Shown here one piece after another: positions 1-11,145 of a stretch of 64,000 bases of DNA (its first letter is position 1; the number at the start of each line of letters is the position of its first letter). The notes under the pieces are model-generated. The model saw only the letters and a list, made by a program, of their open reading frames with translations, did not search any database and was not told where the DNA came from. The translations under genes and the position numbers were made by a program. Source of the stretch: Hydrolagus colliei (taxonomy: Eukaryota); contig CM068761.1 of assembly GCA_035084275.1 (NCBI GenBank), forward strand, positions 8,680,001 through 8,744,000, read 5' to 3'.

Positions 1-28
1 AATGTTTTAATCTGAAGAGCTTGATAAA

Positions 29-305
29 ATATTAATAATCCTTCATTTGATATGGCGCTTTTCACGTCTACTAGACGTCTGATAGCGCTTCACAGAATAT
101 TCTGTATATATGTGGGCGAAAGGGTCAGCCAATTGCGCAAACCAGTTTCCAACAACAGTCATGAAATGACCAATGTATATTGAGTATTTTCCGGATTATT
201 ATCAGGCGTGGAGTAAAGAATTTTCCGCAAGGTTTCGCCCTGACTGGCTTCAAGCCCAGATCTCTTGATTGTAAGGCAAGTGCTCTAAACACGGAGCTAC
301 AGGAT
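29..305 (-). mobile_element. tRNA-derived SINE with L2-like 3' tail (degenerate)
   Basis: The reverse complement of 232-305 reads gtagctccgtgtttagagcacttgccttacaatcaagagatctgggcttgaagcc, a tRNA-like head. It ends in a gtgaaaagcgccatatcaaatg...attatt tail. Confidence 0.7.
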
Positions 306-1396
306 ATCAGAAAGTGATGCTAGTTTTCATTTGCAGTGTGAAACACTTTGTTAAGTAGCACAAACTTCAATTATTGACAATATCGTTAAAACGTCTTAAT
401 CCAATTAAATATTCATGTAGTTCACCGCGTTGCAGTGTGTGAATTCTGCAAGATTCACTTGCCCAGATACAAAGAGCTTTATTCGCTTGTGATGCTTGTT
501 CCGATGAAAGATAATTTGTAGTTGGGAAAGTTTAATCCTTTAATTCTGTTACACTTTACACACCGACAACCATACCTGAACTGATACAGTTAAACTCACA
601 CTTCACATCAGGTGACAGGGTTCCTCACATAGACGGTTTATCTTTTTCTAAAATACTTTTTCCAATTCACCTCGTGGCAAACATCAGACCTGCCCTCACG
701 CTAGGATTCCCTTTACTGCAACATGCCTCACTGCAGATGTGATATACAATAGAGCCACAATGAATTGTAGCGGCTACTTTTTCTGATAAAACATTAACAG
801 CTGTTAATCTACTTTTCCTTTCAGGGCATCAATACACAAAAACATAAATCCCATCTTCTGGATATGTCACTGACATCTAAATTGTCATACAGACTGGAAC
901 GGGGAGTGTAAAAGCAGATTCATGTTACACAACTCGCTAAAAAAAGAACAGTCCTCAAGTGAAGATTTCCCCCAGAGTTCCCACTCACGTGAATTCAATT
1001 CTATCCATGCGCTGATCTCATGCACGTTTGGGACAAGTCAAAGTCAAATAACTTGCACATGCGTGGAAAACCCAACCCTGCATTCATTTTCAAACTGAAT
1101 ACTTCCATAATGCATTGAATGATAAATGAAATAAATAGATAATGCTTTTGACAAAGCACCTTTCATATCAACAACAATAACAACTTCGATTTATATGGCG
1201 CCTTCCATACCAGGCGGCATCTCAAAGCACTTCACAGAAGCGGATCCCAGGACCAACCCAGGGCAGGGGTACAAAGGTGACCAAAGGCACAGTCGAAAAG
1301 AAAGGTATTTAGCTGTGAAGAGGACCTGTCACGATCCTCGCAGAATATGCTGTACATGCTGTTTATAAAAATGTTGCAGCCTATTTGTACATGGTA

Positions 1397-2668
1397 ATAG
1401 ATTCATAGATTCATAGAATTTTACGGCACAAAAGGAGCCCATTCGGCCCATCTAGTCTGTGCCGGCTCTTTGAAAAGAGCGATTCAATCCCACTGCCCTG
1501 CCCGCTCCCCATAGCATAATAGACCTGTTCTCCCTAAATAAAGATCTAATTCCCTTTTATAAGTTGTTATCGAATCAGCCTCCACCACCTTTTCAGGCAA
1601 TGTATTCCAGATTCGAACAACTCGCTGAGTGACAAAATTTCTCCTCAGCTCCCCTCTACCTCGCCTTGAAACTATTTTAAATCTGTGACCACGAGTGGAA
1701 ATAGTTTTTCTCTATTTGCTCTGTCGAAACCCCTCATGATCTTATAAACCTCTATTAGGTCTCCCCTCAATCTTCTCTGCTCCAGAGAGAATAACCCTAG
1801 CCTATCCAGCCTCTCCTCATAGCTGAAGTCCCTCAATCCTGGCACCATCCTAGTAAATCTTCGCTGAACCCTTTCCAATGCCTTCACATCCTTTCTGTAG
1901 TGTGGTGACCAGAAATGAACACTGAGGCCTCACCAAAGCTGTATTCCAGCTGAGGCCTCACCAAAGTCCTATAGAGGTTAGTCAGCACTTCCTGACTTTT
2001 GTACTCTATACCCCTATTTATAAAGCCTAGTATCCCACATGCCTTCTTAACAGCCTTGTCTACCTGTCCTGCCACCTTCAACGAGTCACTAACACAAATC
2101 CCCAGGTCTCTCTGTTCCTTCACACCATTTAAAATTGTACTATCTAGCCTATATTGCCTCCCTTCATTTGTTCTCCCAAAATGCATCACCTCACACTTCT
2201 CTGCATTAAACTTCATCTGCCATGTGTCTGCCCACTTTACCAATTTGTCTATATCCTCTTGCAGATGGCTACTATCCTCCTCACTATTTACTATTCTCCC
2301 TAACTTAGTGTCATCTGCAAACTTGGAAACTGTACTCCGTACTCCCAAGTCCAGATCATTGATGTAGATTACAAACAGCAATGGTCCCAAAACTGATCCC
2401 TGTGGCACACCACTGCTCACTTCCCTCCAATCTGAAAAACAGCCGCTCACTACAACTCTCTGCTTTCTGTCTCGCAGCCAGTTGTGGATCCACGCTGCCA
2501 CTGTCCCTTTTACGCCATGGGCCTTCAATTTCATAATACGTCTCTCATGTGGCACTTTGTCAAATGCCTTTTGAAAGTCCATGTAAACTACATCGACTGC
2601 GTGACCATAACTACATGACCATTATCCATCCATTCCGTTACCTCATCAAAAAATTCTATCAGATTTGC
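1397..2668 (-). mobile_element. CR1 LINE, 5'-truncated (RT C-terminal part and 3' UTR)
   Basis: ORFs 1884-2582 and 1672-1887 carry CR1 RT motifs (DFQKAFDKVPH, GVPQGSVLGP, FADD). The element has a (GAATCTAT)n tail. It is absent at the paralogous site 15300-15310. Confidence 0.95.
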
Positions 2669-3606
2669 AATGTTTCACAAACAGCCTTGAAATGAATGAT
2701 ACTTATATTTGGGAATTGTTGGCCAGGACTTCAAATGCTTTGTTCCCCATTTGTATTGTGGCATGGGATGCTTAGCATCCATATTAACAAGAAAATGATA
2801 TATGGTTTCAAGTGTAATCCAAAGGACGGCACCTCCAACAGCAAAGGACATACACATCAGTGCATTTCAGGAGGTGATCTACTCAGGTCTTCAGATTTGA
2901 AAGCTTGCTTGTATTGAACTCATCGCATGTGACAAATAAATGGACGTTTGTGGCAAGTCAGGGTCAAATAATTTGCACAAGCACAGAAACAAAGAACAGA
3001 CTTCAAAAAAACAAACTCACACGTGTAGTGTGGTAAAACTGAGATAAATAATAATACCTTTTTGAAAGTACCTTTCATTTAATGATGGCATTTCGTTTCA
3101 AATGATGCTTCACTGGATATATGACATATATTCTTCAGGCAAATGTGGATGCCAATTTGTGCACATTAATATCTTACAAGCAGCCTTGAAGTCAATGCCA
3201 ATTTTACTTGGGTCATTGCTGGACAGGGTATCAAGCGTTTTCTTCTTCATGTGCATAATGGCATGTGGTCATTGGTATCAATATAAACAGTAAAATTGGA
3301 TTTAGCTGAAACTCACATCGAAAGGTTGGCTACTACAACAATGCAGGACATCCCCATGATTGCATTGCAGAAGATGAGTTACCCCAGGTATCCAATTATC
3401 ATTATTGTAGTAGCATTATTTGGGAAATTATCAAACTTATTAACATAACATAGAAATATATGAATGAACAACAACAATAAAATTACATTTACAGAGCACC
3501 TTTCACATCAGGAAGACATCACAAGGCAGTGAACACTTCGGTCAGGACCCCAAAATGGCGGCGGCGTTGGAGCAGCAGGGTTAGATGGCGCCCCCGACAC
3601 AGCGGC

Positions 3607-3883
3607 CACAAGCGCAAGATGCCGAGTTACACCTCATACGTGTACAAGGTGCTGAAGCAGTTCCACGTGAACACAGGCAATTCATCATCAGCCATGAACA
3701 TGGTGAATTCGTTCATCAGTGATATCTTGGAGCAGATCGACTGCGAGGCCTAGTACCTGATCGAGTACAGCAAGCGGCAGATCATCTCATCATGCGAGAT
3801 CCAGACGGCGGTCAGGCCTCCACTGCAGGGTGCACCGGCCAAATACAGAAAGCACTGAAGCCATCACCAAGTACACCAGCTGA
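3607..3883 (+). pseudogene. H2B: Histone H2B pseudogene
   Basis: Translates as [68 protein letters not shown], then a frameshift, then AITKYTS*. This follows the H2B histone fold with an internal stop. Confidence 0.9.
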
Positions 3884-3959
3884 GGAGCCGGTTGGTTTGT
3901 GGCCTGTCACCACACTAGACCCAATCCCTGCCGCCGTCTTGACCATCATGTCCGAGAAA

Positions 3960-4109
3960 CTGCAGCGGCTGAAGGCCGAGCAGGAACTGCTCAACTCATC
4001 ACTTTTGGCCCTCACCTCCCACTTCACGCAGGTCCAGTTCCACCTCAATCTTATCATAAAGGCAAACGGTGACGACAAGGAGCAGCTGCTGGACGAGCTC
4101 AAGGACTTC
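3960..4109 (+). pseudogene. RUNDC1: RUNDC1-like N-terminal coiled-coil fragment
   Basis: LQRLKAEQELLNSSLLALTSHFTQVQFHLNLIIKANGDDKEQLLDELKDF resembles the conserved RUNDC1 motif (LLALxSHFAQVQFRL...LxELExF), recognised from memory without a database search. It stops abruptly in a TTA/TTG repeat. Confidence 0.75.
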
Positions 4110-5045
4110 ATTATTGTTATCGTTGTTTTTTTTGTCGCTGTTCATTATTCCCCCCACCTTTTTGCTCTCTTACCTTTCCCCCCTTTGCTTCCCTGGCTCC
4201 ATTTGCCCCTTTTATATCCCGCACTTTTCCCTCCTTTCTATGGCTCTCTCTGGCAGGAGCCAGAGAGAGGCATTTTTCCTCTTTCTTTGCCCCTCGTAGC
4301 TCCTTTCTCTTCCCCCCCTCTTTGCCCACCTTTCCTTCCTCTTGTTCTTTCACCCCTACCCTCTATATCCCCTTCCCTTCCTCTTCCCTCCCTCTCTTCC
4401 CCCTTTTCTTCCATCTCTTATGCCCCCTCTTCTCCCTCTTCCTTCCACCTGCTCCCTTTCCCCCCATTCATTCCCTTTTCCCTCTCTCTTCCCCCTCATC
4501 CTCTTTGCTCACCCATTTCTCTGTGATTGTAACGCCACACCTTTCGCTCCCTCTCCACCCCTAGCCCCCTTTCTCCCCCCCCTTTTCCGCCCTGACTTTA
4601 CCACACCGTACCTTTCCCTCCCTCTCACCCATTACCCGCTTTTAACCCTTTCTCCCCTAACCCCACTTCCACGACTGTTTGTGCGATGCTGCTGTGCACA
4701 ATTTGGCTGCCATGCTTTGCCCATAATATACAGTCAATTCTCCTACTCTCCTTCCCTCAATCCCTCCCCACCTGCTCTGTTTCCTACCTGACTTTACAGC
4801 GCCTTGGAACATCCTTCCGACTTGAAAGGCGCTATATAAATGTAATTTTGTTGTTGAGAAATAATTGAACATATTCATAGACCTTTATAATATATGAACA
4901 AAGGGTAAGACGTATATCATTCGGCCTATTGAATTCAGACAATTATTTTGATGGGCCATTCTTTTACAAATAAACATGTATTCAAGCTGTTCCTCCCTAT
5001 TTCTCAATGTGTTTCCTGCCATTTTCAGGGATCAAGCCCTGAGTA

Positions 5046-5400
5046 TTGGCTAATATTCTCCAGTTTAAAATTGATGAGGTGAAGGCTACTTTATTTGGAT
5101 CCTGTCTGCAATTCTTCACACAAAGATCTGACAACGACACTATTAACAGATTCATTTTTCACCACCCAGAGTTTGTACAAAGCCTCGGTATTCTCTTGGA
5201 TGCTGATCTTTCCTTACCCCAATATGGACGCCACCCACAGTTCTCCATTCCCGCACTTCCACTATATTGAACAACACTGCCACTGTCTCTCCACTCATGC
5301 TGCCAAAACCATCATTATTGCTTTCATCACGCAAGGCCTTCAACATGCTTTGGTCACATCCCTTGGGAAAACTGTCTCAGAAACACTTTGCCTTGCCCTG
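5046..5400 (+). mobile_element. Old L2-type LINE fragment
   Basis: Degenerate translation LQFKIDEVKATLFGS...SLGILLDADLS resembles the L2 RT C-terminus. Paralogous copies lie at ~17651-18000, ~43060-43545 and ~56400-56895. Confidence 0.6.
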
Positions 5401-6589
5401 CCTTCCCTCCTTGAAATCTCATCTAAAGTCCTGTCTCTTTCACCGTGTCTCGGTGATGCTTCCACCCATCCCAATTTAAATCCAATCACAGCACAGATAA
5501 CTAGTTTTGGTGCACACTCCCAATATGCACCTTGCTGCATAAATGCAATGTGTTCTTCCATTTGTCTGTCATTATTATTGCCTTGTACTATGGTGGAGCA
5601 CGTGCCATAAAATTAATCTAAATGTGGTAGTCTTGATAGTATATTGCCCTTGAACCGTCTCACCATCACTAACATCAATTCTCAAAGACATGAGATTTTG
5701 CTGCCTTTGTGGTGTTGTATAAGAAGCCAGGCAGTAGGATAGAGCACAAATGTAATGACGTTGGTTGTGGAGGCACCAACTAGGATAACTTATGATACAT
5801 TCTCGATTTACATTGCATATCTATCATGATTTTTATCAGCATATCCAGGGCAAACACTGCCATCCATTGTTTGGAAGTTTAGATTTTTACAATAAGATAC
5901 TAATCGAAGTTGCTGTTTGCTCAAGTGTATATCAGTGTTTCCGTGAAATTAATTGGAAAGTGAAAGAAAGTTTGTCTTGGAGTCCTGTAGAACTACCGGT
6001 ATACGTCAGATTATTTACTATTTTTGTCGTTCAATTGTGGAGTGATATTGCTGCTGCAAACAACCGCTGTGTTTGGCTACAAAAACAGACACTACATGTA
6101 GCAACAACCTGAGTAGATTTTATATAAGCTATGAAATTCAACCTGCCACTCATTCAAAACTGTTGCCTCCCTGAGAGTGAGGAAACGTTTTTATTTATTG
6201 TGAGGCAATACCCTCTACCGATTGAGTGTTCCTCGCCTGAATCTGCCCACATCTGATCTATCAGAAGCTTGGGTAGAAATAAAAGGTGTGATAAAATGTA
6301 CCCTATCAATGTAACATGTTAGAGTTTGCTGAAATTGTCTCTCTGTGAAATTCATGCTGAACTATGAGAACCTCTCTCTCTACTTCAATAGGCACATCTA
6401 TACTTTCCACTTAAATATTCATGAACATCACAAACATGAATTGAACGCAAGAACATGTTGCTATTACTTTAAAAATATTTATGCACAATTAAAACAAATA
6501 TTAAGCAATAACACCAATCTTTGTATCGTCTGGGCGCCTCAAAGCGCTTCACACAATTTACTATAAAGTGAACTGACTACATATGTGCG

Positions 6590-8668
6590 CACAATATGTC
6601 AGCAGAGTCCCTCAAACAGTCGCGGATTGAAGCAATTTATTATTCCCTCTGGTTCACCACTCAACTCCGTTCCCTCAAGGGCCAGGTGCGGGTCAGTGAA
6701 AGCACCTGGCTCAAATCCCGCCTACCTGTCAAATGGCATATCTGGCTGGACCTCATGTCGTCCTACTGCTCCACTCTAGCCTCCTCCAGGATAATCCTGG
6801 AGGCGAATTACAACCCCCGATTGCTTTTCTCCACCACCAACCAGATCCTCCGTCTCCCCATTGTCATCCCTGTACCTCCGCCCACCGCCTCACATTGCTT
6901 CGCACATCCTTTCCTCCAACACCCACTGTGAGGAGATGCTGGATTTCCTTGAGTCCAAAATCCGAGGAAATCCGTTCTGCGGTCACCGTCCTTCCAACTT
7001 CCAATCCCTTCTCAACTTCCTCTCAAACTCTGTATCCCACCCATCCCTCCTTCCCTACCTTCCATCCCATCTCCCCATCCTCCATCACAAAAACCATCGT
7101 CTCCATAAAGAACATCACATGCTACCTTGACCCCATCCGCACCCCTCTCCTTATCACGCAGCTACAACTTCTAGGCCCACTAATTGCCGACACCATTAAC
7201 CTGCCCTTTCATCTGGCATCATTCCTACTCACCTCAAAACTGCCACTATAACCCCATCCTAAAGAAACCTTCCCTCAAAGTTTTGCATCTATCAAGTTAC
7301 CCGCCCATCTCCAATCTCCCTTCCCTGTCTATGGTCAGGAAAGGGAGAGATGTTTCCCAGTTCCATTCTTTCCTCTCAACCCAATCACTTTTCGAACCCC
7401 TCCAATTGGGGTGAGAAACTGCTCTGTTCAAGGTCACGAATGACATCCTGACCATCTGTGACCAGGCCTCCCTCTGCCTCCTTTTCCTCCTCAATTTATT
7501 CGCTGCCTTTGACACCATTGACCACGCAATTCTCCTCCCCCGCATCTCCCCCCTTCCTCAAACTTCAAGGGTCTGTTATTGATTAGTTCCAGTCATATGT
7601 CTCACACAGCTTTCACTTTGTCTCCCTGAATGGCTTTTCCTCCAGCCCTCACACAGTCACACGTGGCATCCTCCAGGACTCTGTTCTTGGCCCCCTACTC
7701 CTCACCCTCCACACGCTTCTCCTCGGTGACATCATCCCCTGATATGTGATAAATCCACATGTATGCGGATGACACCCGCTTCCACCCTCAACTCTGGGAC
7801 TCATGGCATTCTGACTGAATGTCTGTCCAACATGTAGTCCTGGACAGGGGACAACTTCCTCCAACTCAACATCAACAAGACAGAGATCATCCTGATTCAC
7901 TCGCGTCAGCGCCTCCGCACCTCAGATGCTGGCAACATCGGCATTCAAGGCTGCACTCTTCACCTCTTGAAGCCAATCAGGAATCTGGGCATCTTGTTCA
8001 ACCCCAAACTATCCTTCCTTCTCCAAATCCGCACCATGACCAGTACAGCCTTCCACCACCTCCGCAAGTACCTCCCACCCATGCTGCTGAAACACTCATC
8101 CACGCTTTCATCACATCTAGGCTCGACTACGGCAGATTATTCAGAACTCTGCAGCTCATGGATCCTCCTGCGCTAGGTGCTGCAACCACATCACTCCCAC
8201 CCTTGCTCATCTCCAATGGCTCCCCATACTCCCTAGGGTTAAATTCCAGATCCTCGTTTTCACTTTGAAGGCTATCCATGGCCTTGCCCCCACCTATGAT
8301 TCCAACCTACTGACTCCCTATCAGACTGCCCATTCCCGCCATTCAGTGGGCTCTATCCTGCTCCATATACCCTGCCCGAAACTGACCAACCATCGGTGGC
8401 CGGGCTTTCAGCCATTCTGGCCCACACTCTGGATCTCCATCCTGCATCCCGTTCGACTCTCTTCCTCCCTTTCCTCCTTTAAGGCCAGTCTCAAGACCTT
8501 CCTCTTGGACTGTGCCTTCTCCACCCCTCCAAACGCTCCCCCATTTCCTACTCTCCTGCCCCCGACCACGTCGCCTTATATCCAATCGATACCTGACCTG
8601 ACTGTTCAACGCTTTGTGACATCCTCCTGACATGAAAGGCGCTCTATCAATATAAGTTTGCTGTTGTT
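6590..8668 (+). mobile_element. L2-clade LINE fragment (RT region to 3' tail), degenerate
   Basis: Broken frames contain AFDTIDH, GxLQDSVLGP, YADD-like and LQLNINKTE motifs. The 3' end is cgctttgtgacatcctcctgacatgaaaggcgctctatcaa...tgttgtt. Confidence 0.85.
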
Positions 8669-9200
8669 ATATTTTGTATATATTTATTAAACTTTAAACT
8701 TTTATTTTATTTTCAAAACTAGTTGTGTTGCTTTTAGTCTTCATTTAATATTAGTGTAAGGAAATTTAAACCAGCAATGTACGGAAGGAACGTAGCCCCT
8801 GTGGATAGTATGGGGGCCTTTGGTAATTTAGGTTTTGCAATATGGTATTCAACTTAAAATCCCAATTTTTAAGAGCACATGCCCAACGTTACTTGGGCAG
8901 ATCCAGTACTGATAATTACTTAAAGAGATATACCTCCACTATGTTAAAGTGATTTCCCAAGTATCGTTAGATTTAAACACACGTTTTTGCCGTTTCAATA
9001 TGTGTTTTCCGGCATTAGGCCCCCTAAAATAGAATATATAGTGGTGGTGAACGATGACCAAAGTAACAGTTTTGATTCCTCCTCCCCCATGAAGTAGAAT
9101 CAACACTTTCAGTTATTATTCACAAATTAGCGCACGAGGCAGAATGTGTAAACGTGGATCTCGAGCCTGATTGGTTGAGATAACCATACATAAACATTAA

Positions 9201-9998
9201 CAGATGCAAATTCTTAGATTAGGAGAGCAGCAAACTATATTATGTGAATGAAGAACATGGTCCGCTCACTGCCGGTTGTGCTCAGTGTATCATTCATTTT
9301 ATTGTTTTTATTGGTTCAATCAATTATACTATTCTCTTCCAACCAATCAATTCTCTCAATTCAAACATAACTATAGGCTATTATATTATTACTTTAAACA
9401 GATCTTGGGATTCATTCCATATGAGTTACGTAAACATCTCGATTAGATCACTAAAAGATGTTGGGGAAACTCAGCAGGTCAAACAGCATCCAAAAGAAAT
9501 TTGCTTGATTGTGTGTTCTCCAAACCCCGTTTCCACAGCCACATTTTGGATGCTGTTTGACCCGCTGAGCTTCCCCAGCATCTTTTGTTTTTGTTTCAGA
9601 TTCCCAGCATCTGTAGTATTTTGTGTTTCGATGACATCAGTACCAGCTGCGATTGGTGTATTCCAGACAAGTCGTTGTCCAGCGTCCTCTTACCATAGTT
9701 CCATTTCAATGATTAAACTTGTTTTGATATGTACCAACAAAGAACAGTTCTATTTAACGGTTATATCGTACCGATTTAATGTTTTGCAATAAAGTGAAAA
9801 TATTGACTAGAATTGACAGCAGCTTAAACGACTGAAGGAAACTGCAGAGACACCTGCGGGTGTTAAAAGGCTGCAATGCGGAAGTTGGTACGTTACTCAA
9901 CCGCAGGTTTGGAGCTCACTGGCCACCGGGTGGGGAGGGGAGTAACTCTACAATGAGCTCTTCGGAGTGGGTACATTTTGATGTTTCATTTGCATCTG
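9201..9998. promoter_or_regulatory. Candidate 3' enhancer of cluster 1 (two inverted E-box/octamer composites)
   Basis: CAGATGCAAAT at 9201-9211, ATTTGCATCTG at 9988-9998 and CACCTG at 9851-9856. The motif positions are retained in the paralogous clusters. Confidence 0.45.
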
Positions 9999-10515
9999 AT
10001 GGTCCTATAACCTTTCAATAGGTTGTCACTCCTGTTGACAACACAAAAGCTCATCATAGTGATCGCGTGAAGCACGTGAGTAATACTTTGCTTTAGTTCT
10101 ATAGAGATTGGCGGGCTGGAGAGGCAGTGGGCAAAAGTATCTCAATGAATTATCTTCCAAACCCAAGGTGGATGTACAGCATTGTTTGGGAGAGCATTTC
10201 ACAGGTGCTCAGCCTGTAACAACAATCATGACTTAACACTGAATATTGTGCGATAATTTGAATTCACTTTAATTTTAATTGATGTTGAGTTTACTTTGAA
10301 GGATGGCTCTTTTTAACAACAACATTAAAAGGCTCTCAAATAGCGACCAAGATTGAGATGTTTCCAAAATTCTGCGCGATAGATTTCAAACGCATATCAG
10401 TATTGGGTGCATGTTTAATTAATAACATCAAATTCGTGTTTCAGACAAAATAATAAAATCAAAAGAAGAAATTGAAGAAAAATAGTCATGGCACGGAGGG
10501 CAATGAAAGAGTCAT

Positions 10516-10521
10516 TTTATT
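10516..10521 (-). terminator. Polyadenylation signal AATAAA of C1
   Basis: tttatt on the plus strand, ~300 nt past the stop. The same position is conserved in C3 and C4. Confidence 0.7.
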
Positions 10522-10822
10522 AAACCGCATATTTCTTATTTCTGTAATGGTACACAGGGGGCGTGATTCTTGCAGCGTGAACTCACTGGAAAATACAACC
10601 ATTCAATTCCAGCAAACAAATTATTGTTGGCGTATTGTAATACTCTACTTAAAAATCTAAGAGCTTATTTCCTGCTGTTAGAAATTTACAGAAGGTATTT
10701 CAGCGAATTTGTTTCTGAATTTGGGCATTCCTGACAAAATTACTTTAATTTCCAAAGAACCATTATTGTTAATGTAGATTGCCAAAGATAAATTCGTTAC
10801 TTTGGGAATGCTATGTTCCTGA

Positions 10823-11145
10823 TTAGGAACAACTGGATCTGGCGATGGTTTTTTCCAGCGGAGTCCCCCGAGTCTCGTGTGTGACCAGACAGGAATACAG
10901 CTCGTGTGACTCCCACTCGGAGGCTGGCAGAGTCAGATAACTGCTCACACTGTACGTGTTGTCCACCTCCTGCTTGATCGCACTCGTTTCAACACCTTCA
11001 CTTCTGGCACTGCCATCCACAGTCCACTTGACCTCCACAGCTCCCGGTGTAAAATCATTCACCAGACACACAAGGGTCGCCTTGCTCTTTGCTGTGATTT
11101 GATCTGGTGACGGCGGCAGGACAGTCACCGAAGGGGCCCGTGGGT
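10823..11145 (-). CDS. IGLC: Ig light chain lambda/type II constant exon, cluster 1 (intact)
   Basis: Acceptor tttgtcttccag|AC, then (N)[12 protein letters not shown]...[10 protein letters not shown]...KW...YSVSSYLTL...YSCLVTHE...ARSSCS*. This is a C1-set Ig domain with a penultimate Cys. Exon length is 323 nt. Confidence 0.95.

Larger units (their letters stand above)
3469..4887 (-). mobile_element. Composite retroposed cassette (L2 tail / H2B pseudogene / RUNDC1-like fragment / CT-rich tract / L2 tail), copy A
   Basis: Flanked by aaatatatgaatgaa (3454-3468) and a degenerate copy (4888-4902). The block is absent from the paralogous spacer at ~43620-43720. Confidence 0.75.

Noticed and set aside
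1999-2367. Recurrent 122-aa plus-strand ORF (also 39114-39482 and 45816-46184)
   Set aside because: It is an antisense shadow of the CR1 RT. It recurs only because the element recurs.
3792-4791. 244-aa and neighbouring ORFs as a RUNDC1-like or membrane protein gene
   Set aside because: Only ~50 aa are RUNDC1-like and the rest is CT-rich low complexity. The frame is not preserved in copy B.
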